Shown in pieces: positions 1 to 13,159 of a stretch of DNA of 64,000 bases. Below the pieces are notes generated by a model. That model was not told the origin of the DNA. It saw only the letters and a list, made by a program, of their open reading frames with translations, and made no database searches. This stretch comes from Klebsormidium nitens (lineage: Eukaryota > Plantae > Klebsormidiophyceae): positions 62,001 to 126,000 of the forward strand of contig DF237012.1 of NCBI GenBank assembly GCA_000708835.1, given 5' to 3'. Position numbers and translations under genes: made by a program. Position 1 is the first letter of the stretch, and every line of letters starts with the position of its first letter.

Positions 1-913
1 AGATCTTCTCTCCAGAACGCAAGCTTGCGCAAGTTGCAGGTCTGACATCCATTGGCATAGGCCAGCTGTTCTGCATGCATGCAGCGCAGCGCTGTGTCGA
101 GTCAGCCAGGGATGGAACCATTTCGTCTAGCGTCAATTGCGCTTAGTCGTCGATAAAGCGACCACATGGTAAGTGACAAAGGTAAACCGTTGATAAAGAT
201 TGGCCCCGTTCGCCACCACCGATGGATCGGCTCTCATGCCCCGCAATGTGACATGTGGACATGGACTCTATTCATATTCATAAGTGAAGCTTTGGAGCTT
301 TCTTGCACCTTTTGAAGCATAACTTCAATAAGTCTTACTTCTGGCAACGAGCTGAAAGGAATTCGACAGTGGATGAGAGGTTGAGACGTGTGAAGAGCCA
401 GTTGGAAGAGCCCGGGCACCTTTTCAATATTCTTGGTCAGAGGGGTTGTACCAGCACGATATTGTGCTTGAAGGTGCAGTGTGCAGCTTGCAGGTACTTC
501 TCTGCATAATAATGCTGGAGTGGCCATGAATATATTTCACCGCTCAAGTTCATTGGTCAAGTAGACTCCTATTCTAGCATGAGATACTGTGATCATGGCG
601 GCACTTAGATTACGGGCTAGGTTACCGCATGAGTACGTCCGTCTGATCATATGAACAAAATTTCTCGCCAACCCTGAAGCTCACTTGCGCCAAGTTGCAG
701 CCTGGGTGCTGAAAGTGCGATCTGTACAGACGTTGCAGGCCTGCACCTCAAACCTGTCAAGCCTCCGCTTCATGTCCAGGAAGGATCCAAGTATTTGATG
801 ACGTAAGCTAGAACTCTGCCCCAATACCAGTAGCAGAGGCCCGGGCCAAAGATCAAGCAGTGAGCAAGTCAACGTTGGAGAGCGCTCGTGAACGTGTTTT
901 TATAAGTACCAAA

Positions 914-1282
914 ATGACAGGGAACCTGGAGAAACGCTCGTCGGCGCAAATCTTGGAACGTGCGCAAAGGCGGCTTCCTAAGAATGAGTCGGAGATTGCT
1001 AGAGTGGTGACGTATATAAAGGAGATGGAGTGTGAGATCGATCGTTTAACTGAACAGGGGGCGGCCGAGAACTCTGAGAGAATTCAGCACTTGAAGAAGA
1101 GGATCTTGATCAATACCGAGCGTTTGTCCATCTTACAGGAATTGGGAGAGGCTCTATCTTTGCAAGTTCGGCTTTCAACACATCGTTCAGCAGATGTTGT
1201 CCCACCTGCTGCGGAGCAGCTGATCCCAGAAAGACCCGCAGCATCTTCATGTGTCCGGAGAAGGCGTGCTGTGCCAATCTGA
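914..1282 (+). CDS. Short hypothetical coiled-coil ORF (possibly a gene or transposon relic)
   Basis: ATG at 914 opens MTGNLEKRSSAQILERAQRRLPKNESEIARVVTYIKEMECEIDRLTEQ..., which is E/K/R-rich with heptad-like hydrophobic spacing. I recognise no family. Confidence 0.2.
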   Translation: MTGNLEKRSSAQILERAQRRLPKNESEIARVVTYIKEMECEIDRLTEQGAAENSERIQHLKKRILINTERLSILQELGEALSLQVRLSTHRSADVVPPAAEQLIPERPAASSCVRRRRAVPI

Positions 1283-2572
1283 AAAGGAGAAGGTCTCCAA
1301 GTTGACGTTCTTTGTGATCGACTTTGACCTTCACAATAGAAGATTTACCAAGCGCAGGGAGTGGGGAGTCTGTGTAGACTCGGAGGTACTCGTCGGTCAA
1401 ATTTGTCCGATTCTGTGGAAGCTGCCCTGAATTATCGGAGATCCATCGTAATCTATGCTTAAAGACGCCTGCTTGTAGGAAGCAGAGGATCAACCCCAGT
1501 CGGCTACATGCATTTTTGGATTCAATCTGAGCATTAATTTTATCGTAGTAATGAACTTACTCATGATACGGTACTCGTCAGCACGACTCAGTAAGCTCGA
1601 TCTAGCTGGATCTGCGGTCGTTCAATCGCTGAATTTGCGCTCTGCAATTACATGGATGAGTGACTATGGACAAAGTCGATCACAGTTCCATACCTATCAT
1701 ATGCATGCCCTTCATATTAAGCAGTCATTGTAAATATAGTGAAGAGGTAGGCTGGCCATCATCGTTCAATGATGCATCATGCTGCACACAGAGGCCACGT
1801 AGTCATTGAAAACGACGTGGCGTATGCTCACAGGCTAGGACACTGTTAGTATAGTTGAACGCTCTACCATACTAAAGCTCGGCGGCTGGACATGACTGCT
1901 GCTGTGCGCCGCGCAGACTCCGAGATATAGACTAATTGATGATTAAGAATAAAGTTACACGTACAGCCAAGCTAAAGACTTGTGTAACCCATGGCCGGCC
2001 CTAGCTTAATTGCAAAACGTGGTTCACAGCATATGGTCGTTCGATCATGCAAGATCCCTCAATGTGCTTGCATATACCGGCAACCTGAGTTGACAGCAAT
2101 ACCGCTGGCACGATCGATGATCAATAACACAGATATGCGGCGTTGTTGACATGGTCGGACACAAGAACTATGATTGTTGCAGATAAGAGACGCCGACCAT
2201 GATCGATGTATCTAGCTGGCCCGAGCATGCGCAATTTGGCCGACAGCTCAAGGAAGGTTGTCATGAGGGCGTCACCAGCTAAGTTCGAAGCCATGCCAAT
2301 AAAGGCCGCTAATCTGGTACCTTACGTCTCTTGTATAGACATGTACGTGACAAGATTGAGGATCCAAGTCAAAGGCTTGTGCAAAGCAAGATTGGTCTTG
2401 AACCAACCAATCATATCATGAGTCGTCATGCAATCACTACAGAGAATAGACCACATCTTGCCGTTCACTCCAGCTTAACGAAAGAGGTCATCGAAACAGT
2501 CTGACACTGTCGGGTCCTTTGGACACAGATGCCCGCCTTAGTAGGATCAATTGCCTGATTCGCGATCTAGAA

Positions 2573-5500
2573 TCAGCGACCCGCAACGTTGCCGTTTGCA
2601 GTTGCGAGGAGATTGCGGATCCCATCGTTCTTGGGACGTCTCGAAGCATTCCGAGAGCCGCCTGCCGACACTGACCCGCTCAAGCGGCCACTCCTTCGAA
2701 TTTGTTCCAAGATGACCTGCTTCTGGGCGGTGCCATCGTCGTACCCGACCATCTGCGAAACACCAAAAAAGAGAACGGCTTACTCTCCTTCTCACACATC
2801 CCCGTACTTATCTTCCGCTTCTGGATTGCCTTTCAATGATCTGCATCGAATGATATTCAATTTGCCAGACTCCCAACTGCTATTGGAAAAGCGCGTCACT
2901 CTGCTTATGGAAGACAGGGGCAATAGACTCCCACTTCAAGATTTCGCCATCCACTCAAGCGACGCTTCACTGAGTACGATAACCCTGTCCAAAAATTTCC
3001 AAAGCGACTGCCGGACCATGATCCTCAAGTCCTAAGAATCCTTCCAACTCCTTGGACATGTCCAAATTCTGTCTGCCCTTGCTTTCAGAAACACAAATGC
3101 TGCAGCACCGGTTTTCCACAATGTCTACGGATTTCAAGCCGTCAGAAATTTCAAATATTCTCGGAAGACGGCAAGGAGCTGACCTGGGACTCCAGCTGCG
3201 ACTCCTGGAAGCGCTCATCCTCCGCGACAGCTGGCGCGACAGCTGTCCGCTGCCTCGTCCACGGCCCATCTGCGGCATGCGGAGCAAGGGCCGCCGGCTC
3301 CCGGCCGGGCCACGTTTTGCCGATTCGCGGGCGCTTGGAGTCGGAGTCCCCAAGGCCGCTCTCGCGTTTCTCTTCTATGGGCGCAGACTGCAAAAGGCAA
3401 ACGGATGGGAGAGGTCGAATGAGTGGTAAAAGGCTGCGGTGTATGCCAACAAATATGCAACTATGCAAAGACTATGCAAAGATCCGACTTTGCAGCAATA
3501 TTCTTTTGAGAGATGTTGCTTCCTCGTCGCCTCAGTCCTCCAGTCAGAGATGAACGCTGTTGAAGTTGGGCCGACTTTTTGATATGTGCTCCGCTCGCAG
3601 TTGCATTGGGGACACCTGCCAACGCAAAGCGTTAGAAGGACACACACCGGTTTTCATTTCTACTTGCTGGTCACAGAAAACACAGTAAGTGGGAATCCGT
3701 CCTGGCGCAGAACCCGCGGAACCGCACCGGCGGGCCACTTACCGGCTTCTCGGGTATCTTGTGCAGGAAGCTCTCGAGCACGTGCGCCCATCTGTCCCCT
3801 TCCGGCGACTGGCCGGCCGCGTCTCCCTCTGGCCCCCTTTCACTTGGCGCCCCTGCTTCTCCAGGAGAGCGTTTCTGACCGTCCACGACTCCCTCACATC
3901 CCAACCCGTGCTTGTCTTCCCTTTCGGAAGTTGCTTCAATCCCAACCTCAACACGTCCCTTCTCTGCAGATTTTGCCTCCTCTTGCTGTCCCCCTGCCAC
4001 GTTGCCCTCCTTCCCCGCTGCCACGTGCCCCCCCCCAACGACTTCCGCCGCATCTGCGCTTTTGCGCTGCTTTGCGCCCCCCCCCTTTCTCCCCTTCTCT
4101 TGGGAATCCGGCGCCGAGTCCCCTGGCGAGTCGCGTTCGTCGCTTTTCCGTTTTCCCCTACTCGGGGGGGCAGCTTTCGGCTCCGGCGGAACCCCCCGCC
4201 GGCTCCTGAGGTTCTTGCTCGGGGTTTCGTCGTCCAACTCCCTCCCCTCGGACGACCCCCCAACCGGAGTCGGTCCCCTTAACCCCTTTTTCAGAACGGG
4301 CTCGCTCGCTGACGTCACAGCCTCTTCTTGCTCCCTCTCCGCGCCCCTGGTCTTGCTCTCCCTCGCGACGTCATCATGCGGAGTCCGCTTCCGCTCGGCC
4401 TCTGCTGTTCCGGCCAGATTATCAGCTCCCCCGGGCGCCGGACCCCTGTTAACACCCCCTCCCCGTGCACTTTCTCCGGGCCCGTCTCTAGGCCCCTCCC
4501 GATCCCCGGACCTGTTCGCCCCCCCGGAGGGCGTATTCACACCGAAGCTGGGCCCCGCCAGGTTCAGAGGCGACTTGGCGCTTTTCCCGGGGGAGGGTGC
4601 CTGAGAAAAGGTCCACGTGGCAGTGAAGTCGTCCAACTTTTCGAAGTCCCCCGGTCTCGGCTGCGGGGGGCTCTCCTTTTTGGGGCGTTTCCGTTGGGGC
4701 TGGCTCGCATGCTGGGAGGACTGGCCGGCTCGGCCGGTGCCTGCAGATCGAGAAGGGCCCAGTCAGCTGATGACGTCACGGTGACCGGTTTTCAACCCGC
4801 GAAATAGCGCAGACGCTAGACCGCGCGGGATTCTTATTTTTGTTCTGACGGGCTTTCCTCAAGCTTGAGGTGCCGAAAGATGACAGCCGTCTGTTTTTAG
4901 GGGTTGTTACGAGCTGACAGCGAGCCACCAGCTTTTGAAACTAGGCAGGTTTGAATGACTGTTAAAGTGACCTCTGGTCCGAGGGCGGCATCTCAGCTTC
5001 CCAGAAACGCTTTCCACAAGCTCGAGATGACGGCATGATGACAGCTGCCCATTACCATGAAAGCATCAAAGCCGACAGCGAGCTACCAACGGATTTGAAA
5101 GAACTTCCATCCAAGCTTATTCTTGTACTGACCTCTAGTCCGAGGGGGCGGCATGCTCGACTGCCCAGGAGCGCTTTGCTCCGCATCGCCCGGGCTCCGC
5201 GCCTCTAGTTGCGAGGGGGCGATCCCCCCGGCTTGGGATGGAGCGCAGGTGACGTCAGTAGGCTTCGACGGGGGCGCGTAGTCTTCCACTGGGACTAGAC
5301 ACCCCTGAAAGGCGAGAGACGGGCGGAGGTTATCGGCATTGGCGAAAAGCTGAAGAGAGGCTGCGCATGTGCACGTCGGAATCTGACCTGATTTCCATCT
5401 TGGGCTAAGATTCTGAAAAGGGAGCACAGCATTGCTGATGATTGAAGCCCGCCTCCTTTTATCCTAAACTTCTAAAAGATCTCCTCAAATGAAAGCGTTT

Positions 5501-8500
5501 CATTCAGTGTCCCTTTCGCTTGTCGCGAATAGCACATCACGAAACGTAGCAAGTCAGCCAACGACGAATCACACTCGGCTCGTAAGAAATCAGATGGGGT
5601 ACACTCCCTGAGCTTCTGCAAGCCTCCTGAATGCTTCAACCAAGTATTTACTTCCCAATGATGTGGGTCACCTTTGGCCTATCATTGTGGATCAGGAGTT
5701 TTACCCTCAAGGCTGAACTGTACGTGCATCAGTCTCGCAAAGGGCGAGCTTCCACCTGAGTCAGCCTGAGGTCAGCAAACTCAAAACATACACGAGAAGG
5801 AAGTACTTCGCAAACGACGATATCTCTGCCGCCCACTTTGATTCACACCGCGAACAACAAAGCTGGGCAATGAACTCCAGCTTCACCTGCTTCGCACATG
5901 CGATCAGCCACTCCCCCGTCGCAACCGGCTTCCCTTTCCGCACCATGTGCCGATACTTATCGCCGTCCGCGTACTTGGTTACCACGTGGGTTACCGTGTT
6001 GGTTAGCCGGTCGAACGACTTCGCCCCGAGGCGTTTGGCCAGGTCCCTGAACCACTCGTGTTCTTTTTGTTCGTACTTTGACAGACAGACCGTGATGCCT
6101 CGGAAGAAGTCTAACGGGAGGGCGCGCGGGAGCGGCCGGAAGTAGAGCCGGTTTTCCTGAGGCACTAGCCTTTGCTCCTGCAAGGGTTTCGACTCATTGA
6201 GGTTTCAGGGTTTGAATTTTTAGGGTTTCAGAAGAGATGTTTAAGGGTTTTAGGTTGTTAGGATTTCAAAAGCTTTTCAAAAGCATGGGCTTCAGATTGT
6301 TGGGATATCAGAAGCTTTTCGAAAGCACGATTTGGGGCGTGGATCGTCTACTATGTTTCAGAGATGAAGTGCCGCGATCGTAAATCCTGAAAGAGTGCTC
6401 TGGGTCATAAAACCCGCACGCGTAAGGACCACCGGCCCTACAAACTCGTGTAGATCCGAAACCTCGACAGATTCTACTCAAGTCCAAGAATAGCTCTCAT
6501 TCGAACCGCTGAAGCCTAGAACGCGGAGCGGAAGGAAAGCTGATAAAATTGGCAGAATATGCAGGATCCCAGCTTTTTGGTAGTCTCCTTCGCACCAGCG
6601 TCGCCTAGTCAATCTCCGGATGCATTTCGATGAAAGAACAAGTTTGCAAAGCGGAGCGTCCTCAGGCGCACCTTCAAGCACTGCACGACCCAGTAGGGCG
6701 TTACCACGTCTGCCCCGTCCGGCACAGTTGTCGTGTTCGTGTCGAACCCGTGCTGCACGACGAAGTAGTGGACGCTCTTCGACGGGTCCGTCTCAAGGTC
6801 GCCGGCGCCTTTTCTCACGAGCCCCTGAATCTCCTCTCTCTGCATAGGAAGGTCAAAGCCCGGGTATCCTTTCCGTCCGTCCCTCGTGCAACGTGTTTTT
6901 ATTTGGATTGTAAAAGCCGTTCCGATTATGACAATTCGGTGAAACTGGGCCGACGCGATAGTGCGAGGGACACTGCACTGCTCAATTTTTTGAAGGAGTT
7001 TGTGGGGAAGCTGTAAACGTTTTGTAGGCCAAAAATTGCATTCAAGCACTGATCGTTGAGCAGACCCGAAATAGTTGAGATCTCATGGATCAGAGGCTTG
7101 GTCGAAGGTTCGCAGCAGTGTCGCCCTATTGGTCGTAGATTCAGTGGCTGTTTGTACCTACTATAAAAACTGGACCGGAGCGCTGGATTGAAGATACAGA
7201 AAACGGCCAGAATAAGATGCACCAATCCAAGGGCGCACATTGAGGCTGAACAAGAGGTTCAAGACTTATCAAAGTGCACAATCGAAGAGGCGAAGCACTG
7301 CGCCCGGCAGCTGACGAAGCCAGCAAGCTCATGTCTATCAAGAAAGACCATGCTTCTTAACATATCTCAGTTTCTTTCAGCGCCGAGCTCTTTGATCTCC
7401 GGCTAGGACAAAGGAAGTAGACGCTATGGGAGTTGTAAGCTCTCCTAATCCGAATAGGATGCGGTGGTTGAAGTCTCAAAGGCTCACATCTTCAGCTTTC
7501 ATCCTGACGTCGACGTTAAATCGCAGCCCCTGAAACACGTCGCTCGTTTCAGGAATCTGTGAACCCGCTGGAGTCGATTGCGTGCCCCCCGGCGTTCCCC
7601 CTTCGCATCCGCTCGCCTTAACCCCTGCCCCGTTCTGCAAACCCGGCCTTAACCGACCTGAATTCAGATCCTCGGACTGTCCGGCTTCAACAGTCGGGTT
7701 ACCTGCCTGGTTATCGCAACCCGGACTAAACTTCACCGGATTTCGCGCCGCCTCTAACCACTTCCTCCCCTTCCCGGGGGGCCCCATCACCGTCTTTCCT
7801 CCGCCCCCCTCCGCCGAAAACGCCGCCGCCAGCTTCGGCGACGCCGCCCCCTCCTTCTGCCACGTGTCCCCCCGCTTCGGCGACATGAAGCGCTTGCCCA
7901 GGACGGGCATCCTCGCGCTGACGTCAGCGACCGGCTTCCTCGGGGGGATCCCCCCGGGCCCGAACCCCGTTCGGCTGGCGTCGTCGAAGATGTCGGAGCG
8001 CATCTCCATCACGGGGGGGTCGTTCCCAGCCTCCCCCGAGCCTTCACCGAAACCCCCCCTCGAGCCGTTTTCGCTGAACTCACGCGGCCGTTGACTGACC
8101 TGCCGTTGCGATTCCCTGAGCTTCTCCCACTCTGAGCTGCCCGGTTCGTTGGGGCTGTCGTCGTCATCGGGAACAGGGCCTCCCGCCGGCCTGCTGGCCG
8201 GAACTTGTTGGAGGAGGCCCTGTTTCTGGGACGGGCGCGCGGAGGCAGTGGGCTCTGGCTTTGCAGAGGCGCGAGCAGCTGCATGGAGGACGAGGCCTTT
8301 CCTTAAATACTGGTCTTTGGAAAGCCTTCGCAACACAAATTTCGAAGCACGCAACAATCTGGATCCTTGATGTGTCCGGATATAAGCATGTCTTCAGCAG
8401 GTTTGAGAGGTCTCCGCTCATGTTGGTTTTGAGTGCAAATCTTCGCATTAGACATACTAAGCTCAGCACACATCAAGGTGGGTCTACCGAAGCCTTCGCG

Positions 8501-11500
8501 CCACTCGTATCGACTCTGTCGACTAACAATCGTCCTTAAGCGCTCTTTGCAAGGACAGCGCTCAGGACTTGGACGCAACCGCACCACCGTCATAAAAAGG
8601 AGTTTCTTTTGATTTGAATCGAAAAATGAGTGCGCACCTGTCAGCTGATCGCGCGGTACCCGGTACTTGTCCGCCACAGGAAGCAGTTTCCTGTACTGGA
8701 GGCACGCCCGTAGCCACGACAGCCGCACGACTTCTACGATTCCCTCCAAATCTAGTTTCCGCACTTCGGTAAGATCGCTGCAACGAGAGCCCGAAAGAAC
8801 GTCAGAGGACGAGTTGCGACGTGCAACAACGAGCGGGCGCCCTTTTTTGACCTGAGTTGTTAAGGAGCCAAGGGTTCATCAAGCGAACCGGGTCCGTACG
8901 TCAGTCGAGACTGTCGCATAATGATGTGCGAGTCTTGGGTCACAGGTCAGACTTCGCACTGCATTGACTCCAGAAGGCTTCGTAATCGAGCCATAGATAT
9001 CCTCGCATCAATCAAGGTTTGCAAGAGAGGATTTGAGGTACCAGCACAAAGCAGAAAGTTGATCCGATCGTGCCCCATTTCCCTACTTGAGCGGGACAGC
9101 TCTTTCCGCTTTCGCCACACTCTATTGGATCTTACCAGTCGGGGCTGTCCCCCAGGACCACGTGGGTCGCCCGCTCGTCCAACAGCGCATACCGCGTTGC
9201 TCCACTCGCGCGCATTATCCCCATCGCCTCCTGCAGCTCTTCCCGCGTCATCCCCGAAAAGTATAGCCGGCACGAGCTGAGGAATAGCTTATCGTCATCG
9301 TCATAGCATATTGCTTCTCGGCCAGCGGTGCTCGCGTGCTTTCCGCTCTCCGCACGTCCCAACGACTCGTCGTCTGTGGGCGTAGGCGTGGCGACCACGC
9401 GAGTTAGGGTTAAAGATCCCTGTGTTCCGGAAGCTAACCGGGTGGTTTGACCGAACGAAGTTTGGGATGCGGAGCGGAGCGCGGCCGGGAGCGCGGCGTC
9501 GTTGGGCGGGGGCGGCGCAAAGGGGGTTTCATCGAGACACCCTGGAAAATAGACTTTGGGAGGTAAGAACGGGGGAGCGTAAAGAAACGCCGTCAAGGCT
9601 GCTCGGAGGAGCAATTTGTAGGCATCAATTGAGGTATTCGGGACAGCCTTCAGAAAGAGTGTTGGGTACAAGAGGAGTATTTGCGTCCCGATTTAGATAA
9701 GAAAAGGGTTGGGTATCAGTGCACAGACCTTCCATATGATACTGCCGGTCTCTGAGGATTCAGCAAAGACCTTCATGAGCGTTTCGTCTATCAAGGCAAA
9801 GATCTTCATGAAAATTTCGTCTATCGAGGCAATCTGACAGCACAAAAGTTGCGCCAATCTGCGAGCCACTCAGCGACGAGAAGTCGCGGCGCCCACATTC
9901 ACCTCCTTGTGAATGTCGGGTGAACACAGTTAACCACAAGACACTGAACCCATCGGACTTGATTTTGAACGCAAGTAAAACGTCTGAGACGTTCAGCGAG
10001 GACAGGGCCAGGCACCTAGTACTCTGCACGTTTATTTAGATGATTAACACACGGCCGTGCACGTCTCTTTCAGAGGAGCATGACTCACCTTTCGCGGCAA
10101 CTGACTTGTAGATCCACTCTGGGGTGACGACTTTCAAGCGTGAGTCCCGTTTTGTTGCTACCTGATACTTCTTGCTGTTGGTCGAGTGCAGGGTAGTCAA
10201 GGAGGATTGACAAGGGAAAAAAAGTATGGTCAGAGCACATGTGCTTCGCGTCTCAGAGCATGCTTCCAGAGATCACTTCCTTAATTCTCAAATCCATCTC
10301 AAAGCTTTATCCTTTTCCACAATTGAGGCCCCCAGCGGGAAATGCTCACGCGAGCGCTAAAAACACCAGAAGCAGATCCAGTATTTCCAAGAATTCAAGA
10401 GGACAGAAGACTTTCTTGAGCAACAACCGAACCGGCAATGAAGCTCGAGAACAGCTACAAAACAACTGGGACATTACGAAGTTTCGTTTGGGAGGATATG
10501 CCACAGACGAGGTGCGTGCACGTCGAGTCGAGATCTGCATCGAACGTCCCGCCGTTCGCCCAAACCAGCTCCTTCACCTTGTCTTTGTCCGGGGCTGCAA
10601 GGATAGAAAGCTACAGCACTTCGACCAGCAGGCATGAGGTCACTTCTTGCTCCTTATTACGCATTCCAAAGCCGCTTAATCAATCGCTAATCAGGTGTCG
10701 TCAGCGACGGGCGGTTCTTAAGGAGAAAGTTACGAAGAAGTTTTCTCGAGGTGAGTTCTCTGATGCTGAGGTTTTGTGCACGCAGCAAGAAGCCTTCGAT
10801 TGCCTGACACGGCTCGGAGACTCTCTGAAGGTCGTCCAGCGCAAAAGAAAACTTCACCGATTTAAAGGTTAAGCACAGTTTCCAGCAACTCCAACCGACC
10901 TGCCCAGAAAATTTTGGCTTCAGCAAGCTGGTCGATGTGACTTACTTACTTCTAATCATCTGGCCGCGATTATAACCGTCTGACCACATTCACATGAGAG
11001 CACACGTATCCTGAGCTTCGGGGTTGAGTCATACCCTTCAGACTGGTACAGCAGACCTTGAGCTTGCAGAAGACTGGGAGCCTAAAGTCCTCCTCTCGCG
11101 ACGCCGCATGCTCAGCCCAACACTCTTCCACCCACTTGGTTGTGACCACCGGTTTCTTCATCTTGACGGCCCACTGGTCATGCAGATAGGGACGAAGACC
11201 CTCATTAGACCTTGGTGTCAAGAATACAGCCGCTCTCCTGCCTATCATAATCAGAGAAGATTTACTAGAGTGGGAAGGTGCAACACGAATCTAGATATGA
11301 AAGGTGCGACCTCTGAATCTGCACTGCGACTATTGCAAAGCAGTTCCCTTCCGCATTGTTGCAACCAGTTTGCGACTCTTCAAATCCAACAAGCTACCGG
11401 CAAACATCGATTCCGCAGTTGTCCAAACAACCTGGCTTCACATCTTTCCTTGCTGTTGCAACTGTTTTCAGAAAGTTTCAGAAGCACGACTTTGACTCGG

Positions 11501-13159
11501 CAAGGCCTGTTACACCATACATGTAGCATCACATTGCGAACATAAAAAGACATTCCTGTTTAATTGTGTTGAGCCCAATTTGACTTACCTTGCACTTGTC
11601 GTTGATGATGTTCTTGCTGACAACAGTTGTAATTGTGCCGTCAAAGTTGTTGGTGACCTCTGCCCCCATGGCAAGGACCCAGGAACTAAGCCTAGTCTGC
11701 ATGGGAGGGCACCACATACTGTCAATCGACCTTTATTCAGCTTGAGATTTGATCGCAGACTGAGGAGTCAGGTCTTGCGCTGCAACGCCCAAGATTCAGC
11801 TTGTGGCAGACACCCTGTAACGTGGTGACAGACAGTGGTGGGACTTGCTTTGTAGTTGCGAACCTGCATCATTTTGATGCTTTGAGACCAGTGGATCGTC
11901 CAGGTGTGCACTTCGAGGAATAGTAGTAAGCTTGTTCCAAGCTTCATGGGAAAACAGGGTTGGAACCTGAGTACTACTGCCAGGCCTTACCCGTTCTTTC
12001 TCAAACCCCGAAAAGCCCGTGAGGCAAATCTTGTGACCTTCCAGGGCTCGGCAACAGAGGATGCGGCCAAGCTTGGGCAGAGGCCGACGCTGTTCGACCG
12101 ACTGGTTCACGCACTCAACACCTGACGAAATAGTCTTTGTTAGGTAAGAGATAAAGATACGACTGCCCTCAGAGAGGAGATAATGTCCGGCTGATGACAG
12201 GTTTCTTCCCACTGATGAAAGGCTATACTTTGCGTAAGATGCTGGCTGTCGCGAGGAAAATGGCCATACAGATTTGTTCTGAGATGCGTCCCCCTTGCCA
12301 AGATACTGGGTGCAAAGAGCCATGCGACTGACGGTAAGACCGAGGAGTACCCCTGGGGACAGCTGGCGAATCCCAAAGAGTCACATACATCCTGTGCATA
12401 ATGAACTCTGCCTGTCCATTCGTCTGGTCGACAGACATGTGCAGTAAATGACATTTTCAAAGCAAGGACCAGCGCAAGTGGCCTTACCAATGATTGTCCC
12501 CCCCTTTTTGCTCAACTCTTGAATCTCCTCCTGCATCTAGCAAGCCAGATATGTCAGCTTCAGGATCCACCCTGATTGTTGAGCTCCTTTCAACATCCCC
12601 ACCCCTGTTTGTGAAGCAAGTAGAATTTTTCATGTAACCACGCTCCAATCAAATCTACAGCAACATAACCCCTCTCCAAATCAAACTTGCAGCTATTTCA
12701 TTGACATCAAAGGCGTCTTGTGGGGCTGCCAAAGCTTTCTCAATTGTGCACTTCATGATCAACAAATGCAGATCACTTTAACAATCGCGTCACCACATAT
12801 ATTGAAGAGAACGCCGGAAGCGCCCTGTTAATCTACAAAGCCTGCAGTCGGGCAATAACGGTATATTCCAATAGACTCTACATTGCAGGGCCCCTCATCC
12901 TAGTGAAACATCCTGGTTCTCCATGCACTTCCCCTGTTGCAGATATACATAGCAATTTAGGAACGAAAGTCTGAATCGCAAGCACCTTTTGCACGTCATC
13001 CACCACCAGGAACTCCTCCTTGGAATGCTCTCCTTGCATCCAGTCGCCTTCTTGCAAGGGTGCTCCATTTTCGTTCAGAGCATGGAAGACTCTCTCACGA
13101 GTCTCAGCATCCAGTTGATACCAAAGCCAGACTTTCTGGCCAGCAAACAATGACTTCAT
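2573..13159 (-). CDS. TOPBP1: TOPBP1/MEI1-like multi-BRCT DNA replication checkpoint scaffold (BRCT0-5), multi-exon
   Basis: ATG at 13159 (MKSLFAGQKVWL). Frame-consistent exons: 12986-13159, 12488-12530, 11991-12121, 11589-11696, 11035-11173, 10500-10594, 10089-10185, then ~9135-9547, ~8640-8780, ~7485-8280, ~6665-6845, ~5885-6180, ~5128-5306, ~3742-4741, ~3190-3385 and 2573-2752. BRCT motifs include GHKICLTGF..KPVVTTKWVEECW, TCTHLVCGSTNSKKYQVA..VVTPEWI, ATHVVLG..VVRLSWL, VVTPYWVVQCL and VTHVVTKYADGDKY..VATGEWLIAC. The C-terminal ESQ|MVGYDDGTAQKQVILEQIR resembles the plant MEI1 terminus as I recall it. Stop TGA at 2573-2575. Confidence 0.9.
4858..5170 (-). repeat. Decayed tandem duplication of a TOPBP1 exon 3' end and donor site inside the following intron
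   Basis: Plus strand tgacctctggtccgagggcggcat (~4968) versus tgacctctagtccgagggggcggcat (~5128), and gacagcgagccacca...tttgaaa (~4916) versus gacagcgagctacca...tttgaaa (~5074). Period is about 160 nt. Confidence 0.65.
9763..9828. repeat. 33-bp tandem repeat, two imperfect copies, intronic
   Basis: gcaaagaccttcatgagcgtttcgtctatcaag followed by gcaaagatcttcatgaaaatttcgtctatcgag. Confidence 0.8.
10186..10499 (-). other. U12-type (minor spliceosome) AT-AC intron in TOPBP1
   Basis: On the minus strand: 5' site ATATCCTCC at 10499, branch TCCTTGAC (plus 10196-10203) 10 nt before the terminal AC. Splicing joins THLVCG to STNSKKYQVA in frame within a BRCT domain. Confidence 0.9.

Noticed and set aside
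1930-2090. TGATGA...CTGA pair resembling a C/D snoRNA
   Set aside because: No terminal stem or recognisable rRNA-complementary guide; such boxes occur by chance.
3586-4807. Several long plus-strand and alternative-frame ORFs (197-230 aa)
   Set aside because: Antisense or frame shadows of the GC-rich TOPBP1 exon; low-complexity translations with no independent splice or start support.
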